A DNA stretch of 32,000 nt, taken from Gemmata obscuriglobus. GTDB lineage: Bacteria; Planctomycetota; Planctomycetia; Gemmatales; Gemmataceae. The position numbers and the translations under genes are program-made. Below, in pieces: positions 1 to 8,722 of the stretch; position 1 is the stretch's first letter, and every line of letters starts with the position of its first letter. The notes beneath the pieces were generated by a model. The model worked only from the letters and a program-made list of their open reading frames with translations, had not been told where the DNA came from and made no database searches. Where the stretch lies: NCBI RefSeq assembly GCF_008065095.1, contig NZ_CP042911.1, forward strand, positions 3,180,001-3,212,000, given 5' to 3'.

Positions 1-808
1 AGAGCACCTCTTCGACTTCTTCGTTGAGCGACACGCGGACCCCGCACTCGCGGGCGACACGGGCCATCCCGTCGGACACCGCCGCGCACCCGCCGAGCGG
101 GTGCCACACGCCGTACTCGTATTCCAGGAACGACAGGATCGAGAACAGGCTGGGGCAGTTGAACGGCGACATCCCCAGGTACTTCGATTGGAACGAGAAC
201 GCCAGCCGGACGCGCTCGTCACCGAAGTACCGGCCGAGTTCCGAGTCGAGCGACGCCCACGGCCGCAACGTCGGGAACAGCCGCATGAGCTGCCAGCGGA
301 CGAGGTCCGTCCAGCCGGAAAAGGGCTGCTCCAGGCAGGGCCGGAACAGCTCCATCTTGTGGCGGTTGTCGGCGAGGAACCGGCGGACGTGCGGGGCGTC
401 CTGCGGGCTGATCTTCGCCACTTCGGCTTCGAGCTTCGCCACGTCGGGCGTGCAGTCCAGTTGGCCGCCCCCGCCGAACGAGATGCGGTACTGCGGGTCC
501 AGCCGCACCATCGGGATCTCGGTCAGCAGGTCGCGACCGATCAGCTTGAAGATGCGCTCGAGCACCTTCGGGTACAGGAAGAACGTCGGCCCGAGGTCGA
601 ACCGGAAGCCCTCCGCTTCCAGTGCCGAGCACCGGCCGCCGACGTGGGGCAACCGCTCGACGACGTGAACGTCGAGGCCCGCTTTCGCGAGCAGCAGCGC
701 CGCCGCCAGACCGCCCGGCCCGGCGCCGACGATCAACACGGACTTGCGGCGGCCGGTCTTCGCGGCGTGCGGGGCAGGGGACAGCGTGGCGACAGACGGC
801 GCGGTCAT
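1..808 (-). CDS. Phytoene desaturase family (CrtI-like) FAD-dependent oxidoreductase. N-terminal ~269 aa only; the 3' end lies beyond the window start
   Basis: Absent from the supplied ORF track because it runs off the edge. Manual minus-strand translation from the ATG (complement of 806-808) gives MTAPSVATLSPAPHAAKTGRRKSVLIVGAGPGGLAAALLLAKAGLDVHVVERLPHVGGRCSALEAEGFRFDLGPTFFLYPKVLERIF...FSFQSKYLGMSPFNCPSLFSILSFLEYEYGVWHPLGGCAAVSDGMARVARECGVRV. It has a GxGxxG Rossmann start and the SKYLGMSPF / FLEYEYG blocks typical of CrtI-type desaturases. The frame stays open down to position 2. Confidence 0.85.
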   Translation of the reverse strand, partial: MTAPSVATLSPAPHAAKTGRRKSVLIVGAGPGGLAAALLLAKAGLDVHVVERLPHVGGRCSALEAEGFRFDLGPTFFLYPKVLERIFKLIGRDLLTEIPMVRLDPQYRISFGGGGQLDCTPDVAKLEAEVAKISPQDAPHVRRFLADNRHKMELFRPCLEQPFSGWTDLVRWQLMRLFPTLRPWASLDSELGRYFGDERVRLAFSFQSKYLGMSPFNCPSLFSILSFLEYEYGVWHPLGGCAAVSDGMARVARECGVRVSLNEEVEEVL

Positions 809-1602
809 GCACGATTTCCGTTGGCATCCTTGAACCGGCCGCAGGCGGGCGGGTTCGTGACAGTTTACCGACAGCGGCCACCCGCCGCCCCTGCAAATGC
901 GGAACGCGGGTCTTCTGCCGCCGTCCAGATGTCGCGCGCACGGCACGCTCCTGACATCTGCCGAATAGCGACGGTCTGCGCGGCGGTGGGCTACCTGAAA
1001 GCCTTTTGCGCAACACACGAGTCGCGCGTGTTTCTGGGGGTTCGGCCGTCGCGACCGAAACGTTGGGCACGGGCGAGCAAAAGGGCTGGTGAATGAACCG
1101 CACCCGGACGACCTCGACCGTTTTCAACTCGATGCGACTCCGAGCGCGGGCGCATCGGATCGGGTGCTGGTGGCACACCGACTGGACATTCGCTAACTCC
1201 CGGCTGGTCGCGGACTACCCATTCGCTGGGACGGAGCTACCACCGAATCCCCGGTCGCCGGGATCCGCTCGCGGTTCCCGTGCCCGTCGCGGGCAATCCC
1301 GATTCCTCCAAGCGGTGGTGCGTAACGTGTTTCGATACATCCACTTGCTGCTACTACGGTTCGGTCGGGTGCTTCCACTTTGCTGGGCCTCCGGACGGCG
1401 TCCGCCGTTCGCGGGCGCGGTGCCGAACCGCTGGCAGTACCGCACGGTGCCGAAACTGACCCGCGCCGACGGGCGTTCTGCGAAACCCCGTTCCAGCCTT
1501 TACCTTCGACCGCACCTCGCGCCGGGATTCAACAGACCATATTCCGGGCCACCGTGCGCCGGCTCACTTACGATGTCTCCACACCATACGCGGAGAAGAA
1601 TC

Positions 1603-2637
1603 ATGTCCGGTCCCACGCTCAGTCCGGCGGAGGTGCGCGCCGCCGTCGCGAAGTTGCCCCGTGTGCGGCTCGCGCACCTGCCCACACCGCTCGAAGAGCT
1701 GCACCGGTTCTCGGCCGCACTCGGCGGGGGTGTGCGCGTCTTTATCAAGCGTGACGATTGCACCGGCCTCGTCCTGGGCGGGAACAAGGCCCGGCACAAC
1801 GAGTTCCTGTTCGGCGATGCCCTGGCGAGCGGCGCCGACATGTTCGTGTGGGGCGCGCTGGTCCAGTCGAACAACTGCCGCACCACCGCCGCGGCCTGTG
1901 CGAAACTTGGGCTGGAGTGCCGCCTCTACCTTTCGCGCGCCCACCAGAAGACGGAACCGCAGGGGAACCTGCTCCTCGACTATCTGGTCGGGGCGCACGT
2001 CGAGTTCACGAACGCGAAGATCGGTCCCGAACTGAACGCACTGCTGGCGGGAAAGGCGGAGGAGTTTCGCGCCGCGGGGCGAACGCCGTACTTCTGGGAC
2101 CCGCCGCGGGTGGTGCCGATGGCCGCCGCCAGTTACGCGCTCTGTATGGCCGAACTGACGGAGCAACTCGGGGCGCTGGGTGTGAACCCGGAGGCGTACT
2201 ACGTGTCGTCGGCGGGGGCGACCGGCGCCGGCGTCGCGCTCGGGAATTGCCTGCTGGGGCTTTCGGGCCGCGCGCGGCTGATTTGCCCGATGCCGTGGCC
2301 GTGGGACATTCCCACCCGGATGGCCGAGGACGCCACCGCCGCGGCCGCGCTGATGGGCCTCCCGCACCGGCTCACGGCTTCCGATCTCGACGCCGACGAG
2401 AGCTACATCGCGCCGGGTTACGGCTTGCCCTCGCCGGCCGGTCAGGAGGCGATGCACCTGCTGGCGACCACCGAAGCCATTCTGACGGACCACGTCTACA
2501 CCGCCAAGGCGCTCGCGGCGCTGGTGGCTGACGTGCGCGCGGGCCGCTACCCGCGCGGCTCGTCGGTGGCGTTCATCCACACCGGGGGCGTGCCGGCGAT
2601 CTTCGCGGAGCCCGAGAAAGTGTTGCCCGGCATGTAG
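1603..2637 (+). CDS. PLP-dependent D-cysteine desulfhydrase / ACC deaminase family enzyme
   Basis: This is the in-frame 3' part of ORF 1093..2637. The ATG at 1603 is preceded by ggagaagaa. The 170 codons upstream are Arg/Pro-rich and not protein-like. The sequence MSGPTLSPAEV..LPTPLEELHRF..IKRDDCTGLVLGGNKARHNEFLFGDAL carries the GGNKxR lysine motif of the ACCD/DcyD fold-type II PLP family. Confidence 0.8.
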   Translation: MSGPTLSPAEVRAAVAKLPRVRLAHLPTPLEELHRFSAALGGGVRVFIKRDDCTGLVLGGNKARHNEFLFGDALASGADMFVWGALVQSNNCRTTAAACAKLGLECRLYLSRAHQKTEPQGNLLLDYLVGAHVEFTNAKIGPELNALLAGKAEEFRAAGRTPYFWDPPRVVPMAAASYALCMAELTEQLGALGVNPEAYYVSSAGATGAGVALGNCLLGLSGRARLICPMPWPWDIPTRMAEDATAAAALMGLPHRLTASDLDADESYIAPGYGLPSPAGQEAMHLLATTEAILTDHVYTAKALAALVADVRAGRYPRGSSVAFIHTGGVPAIFAEPEKVLPGM

Positions 2638-2675
2638 TCGGTCGCTTACGCTGGACGCTCCCCGCGGAGACCGCC

Positions 2676-4937
2676 GTGATGACCCGCCGCGCCGTTCCGG
2701 TCGCCCTGCTCGCGCTGGTGCTGCTCGCCGTTGAGTACGCCGGGGGCGAACCGCCGAAGTACGCCGATCCCGAACTGAAGCCGAAGGACCGTGCGCACTG
2801 GGCGTTCATACCCCCGAAGCGGCCGGTGCTACCGAAGGCGCCACCGGGGGCCAACCCGATCGACGCGTTCGTTCGCGCGCGACTAGACGCGGAAGGGCTG
2901 AAGCCGTCCCCTCGGGCGGACAAACTCACGCTGATCCGGCGCCTCACGCTCGATCTGACGGGGCTTCCGCCGACGCCCGCTGAGGTCGAGGCGTTTCTGA
3001 CGGACGAGCGCCCCGGCGCCTACGAAACGCTCGTGGACCGGTTGCTCGCTTCGCCGCACTTCGGCGAGCGGTGGGCGACTCACTGGCTCGATGTGGTGCG
3101 GTTCGCCGAGACCAACGGGTACGAACTGGACGCCGAGCGCCCGCACGCGTGGCGGTACCGCGACTACGTCGTCAACAGCTTCAACGCCGACAAGCCTTAC
3201 GATCAGTTCGTGCGCGAGCAGATCGCCGGCGACGAGATGGCGGACAAAGACGCCAAACGTCGGCCCGAACTGCTCATCGCGACCGGAATGCACCGGTGCG
3301 GCCCGGTTCACCTCGTGAGCGGGAACCTCGATCAGGAGGTGCTGCGCCAGGAGGTGCTCACCGAGATGGTGAACGGAATCGGCTCGACCTTCCTGGGCCT
3401 GACGTTCGCTTGCACCCGGTGCCACGACCACAAGTTCGACCCGCTCTCGGCTGGGGATTACTACCGGCTCCAGGCGTTTTTCGCCAACGCGAAGTACACC
3501 GAGACGGACTTCGCCACAGCGGAGCAGCGCGACGCACGGAACAAGCGGGTGGAAGCGATCACCGCGAAGACCGCGCCGCTGAAGAAGCAGATCGCGGAAC
3601 TCGATGCGCCGGTGCGTGCGAAGGTCGCGAAGGAGAAGCGCGAGAAGCTGGAGCCGCGCTTCAAGGACGCCCTTGATGTGCCGGCCGACAATCGCACCCC
3701 GGCGCAGAAGGCCCTCGCCGCGCAGGCAAAAACGCTCACGAACGTGAGCTGGGATGAGGTGCTCGCCGCGATGGCACCGGATCATCTTGCGAAGCGCGCG
3801 AAGCTCCGGGAGCAACTCCACACACTCGAAGCCCGGATGCCCCCGCCGACACCGGCGGCGTGGGCGATCGAGAACTCGGGACGCGCGAAAACCCACGTCC
3901 TTCGACGCGGCGAGGCGCATCTGAAATCGGTGGAGGTGCAGCCCGGCCTGCCGCGTGTGCTCGTTCAGGGTGATGCGTCGGTTCCAAAGACCCGACGCGA
4001 ACTGGCGGACTGGCTCACGGCGCCCGAGCACCCGTTAACGGGGCGCGTGATGGTGAACCGGTTGTGGCAGCACCACTTCGGCCGCGGGCTCGTGGCCACC
4101 CCCAACGACTTCGGAACCCGCGGCGACCGTCCGACGCACCCGGAACTGCTCGACTGGCTCGCGACCGAACTCGTTGAGTCGAAGTGGAGTTTGAAGCGCG
4201 TCCACCGCCTGATCGTGACCAGCGAAACCTACACGCAGTCGGCGACCGCTGACGGCGGGGCGAAGGTCGATCCCGACAACAAACTGTTGTGGCGGATGAA
4301 CCGCCGGCGCCTCGAGGCGGAGGCCGTGCGCGATTCGATCCTGGGGGCCGCGGGGACGCTGAACCGCGAAGTCGGTGGGCCGTCCGTGAAGGTGCCGCTC
4401 GAACCCGAGGTGTACGATCTGATCTTCACCGAGGGCGAGCCGGACGGGCTGTGGCCGGTCACACCCGATGTGAAGCAGCACACGCGCCGCTCGGTCTACC
4501 TGTTCAACAAGCGGAACGTGCGGCAACCACTGCTCGAAGCGTTCGACCAGCCCGACACGCTGAACTCGTGCGCCGCGCGCCCGGTTAGTACGTTCGCCCC
4601 GCAAGCGCTGATACTGATGAACAGCCCGTTCGTTCACGATCAGGCGAAGGCGCTTGCGTTGACGCTGTTCGAGGAAGCCGGGCGCGACCCCGTGAAGCAG
4701 GTCGAGGCGCTTTACCGTCGCGCCGTCGGCCGCGCGCCGAACGCGACGGAGCGGTCTCTCGCGGCGGAGTTCCTGAAGGAGCAAGCCGACACCGTGCGCG
4801 AACGCGTCCGGGCAAAGGTGCCGGTTGGGATAGACTCGGCGGCGCTTCCCAAGGGGGCCGAACTAGCGCAGGTCCGGGCGCTCGCCGACCTGTGCGTGGT
4901 GGTGTTCAACACGCACGAGTTCGCGTACATCCCGTGA
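2676..4937 (+). CDS. DUF1549 (PSCyt2) / DUF1553 (PSD1) domain protein, planctomycete type
   Basis: 753 aa with an N-terminal hydrophobic signal (AVPVALLALVLLAV). The block IDAFVRARLDAEGLKPSPRADKLTLIRRLTLDLTGLPPTPAEVEAFL is DUF1549-like. FACTRCHDHKFDPLSAGDYYRLQAFF and NRLWQHHFGRGLVATPNDFGTRGDRPTHPELLDWLA are DUF1553-like. The start may be GTG 2676 or ATG 2679; gcggaga lies upstream. Confidence 0.9.
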   Translation: MMTRRAVPVALLALVLLAVEYAGGEPPKYADPELKPKDRAHWAFIPPKRPVLPKAPPGANPIDAFVRARLDAEGLKPSPRADKLTLIRRLTLDLTGLPPTPAEVEAFLTDERPGAYETLVDRLLASPHFGERWATHWLDVVRFAETNGYELDAERPHAWRYRDYVVNSFNADKPYDQFVREQIAGDEMADKDAKRRPELLIATGMHRCGPVHLVSGNLDQEVLRQEVLTEMVNGIGSTFLGLTFACTRCHDHKFDPLSAGDYYRLQAFFANAKYTETDFATAEQRDARNKRVEAITAKTAPLKKQIAELDAPVRAKVAKEKREKLEPRFKDALDVPADNRTPAQKALAAQAKTLTNVSWDEVLAAMAPDHLAKRAKLREQLHTLEARMPPPTPAAWAIENSGRAKTHVLRRGEAHLKSVEVQPGLPRVLVQGDASVPKTRRELADWLTAPEHPLTGRVMVNRLWQHHFGRGLVATPNDFGTRGDRPTHPELLDWLATELVESKWSLKRVHRLIVTSETYTQSATADGGAKVDPDNKLLWRMNRRRLEAEAVRDSILGAAGTLNREVGGPSVKVPLEPEVYDLIFTEGEPDGLWPVTPDVKQHTRRSVYLFNKRNVRQPLLEAFDQPDTLNSCAARPVSTFAPQALILMNSPFVHDQAKALALTLFEEAGRDPVKQVEALYRRAVGRAPNATERSLAAEFLKEQADTVRERVRAKVPVGIDSAALPKGAELAQVRALADLCVVVFNTHEFAYIP

Positions 4938-4946
4938 CGAGAGCAA

Positions 4947-6326
4947 TCAGTCGATGATGAACGTGGCGAGCTTGTCGAGGTTCACCTGATCCGGCGGGTA
5001 GTCCTTGCGGGTAGGCACCCGCGGGTAGACCTCGGGGAACGTGTACTGCCCGGCGGGCCATTCCGACGGCCAGTCGTTGGGCAACTCGGACGAGGTGAAC
5101 CGCTGCTCGGCGCCCGGGGGAACTTTGCGACCGTCGGCGCCGCGGAGTGGCGTGCCCACCAGCACCCGCGGGCCGCCGGGCTCGGCGGCCAGGGCTTTGG
5201 TCGACACCACCGACGACACGTTGAAGAACTGCGAGCGCAGCCCGTCGCGGTCGGTGGCGAACCGCTCCACCATGCGGCGCGTGAGCAACTGCATCCGGTC
5301 GCGGTCGAGCGGGTGAACGAGGTCCAGTTTCGGCGCCACGAACGCGACGCGGGTGATCCAGCCCGGGCGCCACGAGTGCGGCAGGAACACCTTGCTCAGC
5401 CCGCGCGCCAGCGGACCGAATACGGTGTTCTCCCCCGGTTCGAGGACATCGAACAGGTCGCGGACGATTTGCCGGTTGTCGTCGTACATGCCGACCCCGC
5501 CGGCCAGGAGCATTGTGACATCGACCAGCACCACGAGGGCCGTACACGACCGGAACGCCGCGACGGTCGGCACGACCACCTGCTCCACGTAGCGCTCGTA
5601 GTGACTGGAAAACTGCTCGAACAGTGCGGTGCCCCCGCGCCGGAGAGCGGCCGGCAGCGGGCAGAACTGCGAGTCGGCGTCGAGGCCGCAGAACCGCGCC
5701 TCGGCCAGCGCCTCCGGTGCCATCGGCCGTGCAGCCTGGCCTTTCGTGTCGAGCAGAAACGTGGAAGGCGAAATGAGCGGCTTGTAGCGGAGGATCAGGT
5801 TGGCCAGCGCGAGGCGGTACGCCGCCAGGATTTCTTTCGCGGTCACCTGGGGGTTCTTGAGCGCGTCGAGAAACGCCGCGGAGCAGTCCCGGTAGGCGGT
5901 GTCGTTGGTGATCAGGTTCAGCACCCGCTCGGACCACCCGGTGAAGTCGCGGCCCAGCATCGCCGCGTCCGCGATCCGCTCGCCCGGGAGGTCGTACAGC
6001 TTCAGCAGGCAGTCGCTGAACGTCCAGTCGGACCGCTCGAACTGGCACACGAACTGGGACCGGTCGGTGCTCTTCGCGGGCCACCGGCCGGCGTTGACCA
6101 GCGCGTCGCGGTGCCCGCTGTAGTTGAACGGCACCCACCCGTCGTCCGATTCCTTGACGGTGAACTTGCGGAGCTGGGTGCCGGGCTTGCCGAGCGGAAA
6201 CCGATCCGGGTCGTGGTCCTGAAGGTGGTTGATGAGCGACGTGAGCAGCACCGTTTTGCCGGAGTTGTACAGCCCGACCACCCCGACACGCGCTTCGGTG
6301 GTTTTGATGCCGCGGAAGATGCTCAT
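4947..6326 (-). CDS. YcjX-like (DUF463) P-loop NTPase
   Basis: Part of ORF 4947..6419. The internal ATG at 6326 gives MSIFRGIKTTEARVGVVGLYNSGKTVLLTSLINHL, a Walker A motif (GxxxxGKT) at the N-terminus. The ~459 aa length and overall layout match the YcjX family. Third-position G/C bias supports this frame over the antisense ORFs. Confidence 0.75.
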   Translation of the reverse strand: MSIFRGIKTTEARVGVVGLYNSGKTVLLTSLINHLQDHDPDRFPLGKPGTQLRKFTVKESDDGWVPFNYSGHRDALVNAGRWPAKSTDRSQFVCQFERSDWTFSDCLLKLYDLPGERIADAAMLGRDFTGWSERVLNLITNDTAYRDCSAAFLDALKNPQVTAKEILAAYRLALANLILRYKPLISPSTFLLDTKGQAARPMAPEALAEARFCGLDADSQFCPLPAALRRGGTALFEQFSSHYERYVEQVVVPTVAAFRSCTALVVLVDVTMLLAGGVGMYDDNRQIVRDLFDVLEPGENTVFGPLARGLSKVFLPHSWRPGWITRVAFVAPKLDLVHPLDRDRMQLLTRRMVERFATDRDGLRSQFFNVSSVVSTKALAAEPGGPRVLVGTPLRGADGRKVPPGAEQRFTSSELPNDWPSEWPAGQYTFPEVYPRVPTRKDYPPDQVNLDKLATFIID

Positions 6327-6465
6327 GTGGCCCCCGGTCCGAGAGTCGATGCCGTGAGTGGTATTCGTTGTACCACACGAGCCCTTGCGTGCCGCGTAAA
6401 GGAATTCGCGCACTCGCACGAAAGGAGACCAGGCAATCCGTGGTGATTCTTACACGCCGGCCGCT

Positions 6466-7098
6466 TCACGTTCGTGAACGTCGGGCCATCGATCGGATGT
6501 CGGGTAAGAGCCGGCGGGCGGCGAGTCCGGGTAACACGACATCAAGAATCGGCGCAATCCACCGGTGGTCGTCGTGGAACAGAATGATGTCGCCGGGGCG
6601 AACGAACTTCAGCACTTCGTCCGCGCACCGCTTCGCGTCGGCCGCGCTTCGGCACCGCCAGTCGCCGCTGTCCAGCGACCAGGACATGCACCCTAACCCG
6701 AGCCGGCGGGCTGCGAGCCACAGCCCCGGTGTCAGCTTACCGAGTGGCGGGCGGAACAGGGTCGCGTGCGGTACGAGCAACTGGCACCGGCGCACGTCTT
6801 CGATTGACGCGCGAACCTCACACCAGCGCGGGACGGCGTGGCCGAACGTGTGGTTCCCGATCGCGTGCCCGTGACCCCGGACGTGTTCCACCAGCGCCGG
6901 CTCGGTGATTCGGTTGCCGACCAGAAAGAACGCGGCCGACGCCCCGAACGTGGAGAGGCGCTCGAGTACCGCTGGCGTGTGTTCGGGGTGTGGGCCGTCG
7001 TCGAAGGTGAGCAACACCTGAACACCCGCGATGCGGGTGCGGCTGAACGGGGCCAGCACGGCACGCTTCGCCCAGTGGGTTCGTCGGGCGAAGGTCAT
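6466..7098 (-). CDS. Polysaccharide deacetylase, NodB-homology (CE4) domain
   Basis: The ATG at 7098 lies in frame within ORF 6466..7617. The 210-aa product carries CE4 motifs LLTFDDGP, IGNHTFGH and LFRPPLGK. The start overlaps the upstream GT2 stop as ATGA (7095-7098). Confidence 0.85.
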   Translation of the reverse strand: MTFARRTHWAKRAVLAPFSRTRIAGVQVLLTFDDGPHPEHTPAVLERLSTFGASAAFFLVGNRITEPALVEHVRGHGHAIGNHTFGHAVPRWCEVRASIEDVRRCQLLVPHATLFRPPLGKLTPGLWLAARRLGLGCMSWSLDSGDWRCRSAADAKRCADEVLKFVRPGDIILFHDDHRWIAPILDVVLPGLAARRLLPDIRSMARRSRT

Positions 7099-8177
7099 GC
7101 GGCGCGTCGGCCCCCGTCTGGTCGGTGGGAACGGTCCCATGTGGGAGGTCGACGGAACGCGGCCCCAAGGGTAACGAACCCGAGCCGGGCAACCACTCCG
7201 GGGGCACGCAAGAGCAGGCCGGCTCGGGTGCGAGTGACGCCGACGGCCCACACCGCACGAAAGTACAGCAACCCGAGCGCGGTCAGCAGCGCCGCGGGCC
7301 AGGCGAGGTACCCGCACAGAAAGCCCACCGCGACCGCCGCCACAACATAGCCCAGCACCAGCGGCTTGCTCGCGAGCAGTCCGGCCCCGCTCCACCTCCG
7401 GCGCTGACGGCACAACTCCGCAACGCCCGCTGGTGCCTCGCAGAACACCTGCGCTTCCGCGCAGTACCGAACACGAACGCCCGCGCGGCGCAGGCGCGCG
7501 GCGTATTCGGCGTCTTCGACCGCGCTGAACGCGGTCCAGGGGACGCGCTCCAGAACCCCGCGACCGAGCGCCATCCCGGTGCCGCGCAGGGGCACCGAGC
7601 AGCCGAGCGCGTCCCACCCGGCGGCGGTGATGGCGTCGAACGCCGCGCCCACCGCCGCGACGAACCCGCCGGGGCCGTCGTCTGCGTTGGCCGACTGCAC
7701 GGCCGCCTGAACCGCTTCCGCACCCGCCGCGAATGCGGCGTCGAGTGCTCCGAGTGCGTCCGTGTTCAGCTCACAATCGGCGTCGAGCACCAGAACCGCA
7801 TCGGGCGCGTGCCGCAGTGCGTGCTCTAAACCGAAGGCGAGTGCGAAGCCTTTCCCGCGCCGGTCCGGTTCGGCGCGCTCGGAACACTCCGCGCCGAACG
7901 CGCGGGCGACGTTCGCCGTCTGGTCGGTGCAGTTGTCCGCGATCACCAGTACCCGCACCCGTTCCGGCGGGTACCGGAGAGCCGCGAGGCTCCGCAGCGT
8001 TCGTGGCAGCGCCGCTTCTTCGTTATGTGCGGGGACGAGAACGGTGAAAGTGCGGGTCGGTCGGCGGCGCGGTACGAATGACCGGCGGCGCAACCCCGCA
8101 AGCGCGGGAACGAGATAACCCAGGCACGCCAGCGTCGCGGGGACGAGGCACCCCCAGGCCGCGACGGTCGCGACCAT
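7095..8177 (-). CDS. Family 2 glycosyltransferase, processive synthase type (NodC/PgaC/IcaA-like)
   Basis: 360 aa. GT2 motifs: VLVPAHNEE, VIADNCTD, VLDADC (DxD) and QRRRW (QxxRW). There is an N-terminal TM segment and a C-terminal hydrophobic region (LVLGYVVAAVAVGFLCGYLAWPAALLTALGLLYF). Confidence 0.85.
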   Translation of the reverse strand: MVATVAAWGCLVPATLACLGYLVPALAGLRRRSFVPRRRPTRTFTVLVPAHNEEAALPRTLRSLAALRYPPERVRVLVIADNCTDQTANVARAFGAECSERAEPDRRGKGFALAFGLEHALRHAPDAVLVLDADCELNTDALGALDAAFAAGAEAVQAAVQSANADDGPGGFVAAVGAAFDAITAAGWDALGCSVPLRGTGMALGRGVLERVPWTAFSAVEDAEYAARLRRAGVRVRYCAEAQVFCEAPAGVAELCRQRRRWSGAGLLASKPLVLGYVVAAVAVGFLCGYLAWPAALLTALGLLYFRAVWAVGVTRTRAGLLLRAPGVVARLGFVTLGAAFRRPPTWDRSHRPDGGRRAA

Positions 8178-8351
8178 TCACACGTTCCGGAAAAGAAAGT
8201 CGGTTCGCCGGCGACATACCCACCCAGGAGCAGGCCCGCAAGCCAGATTCCGAAACGCACCTCCACGCCGGTGCGTGCGGCCAATATCATGTAACTTCTA
8301 TCCCGGCTCCGTGGCCGGTCCACGCACTTAACTCCCTTGAGGGCGAACGAA

Positions 8352-8522
8352 ATGGCGAAGTCGAAAGAAGCACGCAGCATCATCAAGCTGAAGAGCGAAG
8401 CCAGCGACCACTGCTACTTCACTCAGAAAAACCGGAACAACACCAAGGAACGCATCTCGCTCCGGAAGTTCGACCCGGTCGTGCGCCGCCACGTCATGTA
8501 CAAGGAAGCGAGCAAGGTGTAA
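8352..8522 (+). CDS. rpmG: 50S ribosomal protein L33
   Basis: The ATG at 8352 inside ORF 8337..8522 gives MAKSKEARSIIKLKSEASDHCYFTQKNRNNTKERISLRKFDPVVRRHVMYKEASKV. This 56-aa product has the L33 signature (T.KN.RN..ERL.L.KY.P..R.H..H.E). It lacks the paired CxxC motifs, so it is the non-zinc form. Confidence 0.9.
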   Translation: MAKSKEARSIIKLKSEASDHCYFTQKNRNNTKERISLRKFDPVVRRHVMYKEASKV

Positions 8523-8576
8523 CCCGCCCGCCGTGAGCCGGAATCCTGACCCGGGGCACGAAATCCGAAAGAACCG

Positions 8577-8620
8577 CACGGACCCAGGCCATACCGGCTT
8601 GGGTCCGTGTTTTCTGTCTT
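8577..8620 (+). terminator. Rho-independent terminator of rpmG
   Basis: A perfect 10-bp stem, cacggaccca (8577-8586) pairing with tgggtccgtg (8600-8609), is followed by ttttctgtcttt. It lies 55 nt after the rpmG stop. Confidence 0.75.
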
Positions 8621-8722
8621 TGGTGCCTCACGCGCCGCGCTCGCCCGGTGTAAGTTGGTGGGAGCGTGGGTTTCGCGTTCGTCCCTACCTTCCCCTTCGA
8701 ATCCTCCCCTAGAGGGGACGCT

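Noticed and set aside
1190-1320. Possible tRNA or other small RNA gene in the long intergenic region
   Set aside because: I could not find a T-loop (GGTTCGAATCC-like) or a cloverleaf on either strand. I also saw no match to the conserved cores of RNase P, tmRNA or SRP RNA. It is left as an unexplained gap rather than called as a feature.
1093-1602. N-terminal extension of ORF 1093..2637
   Set aside because: The sequence is Arg/Pro-rich and not protein-like. Homology to the PLP enzyme family begins at the Met at 1603, which has a ribosome-binding site.
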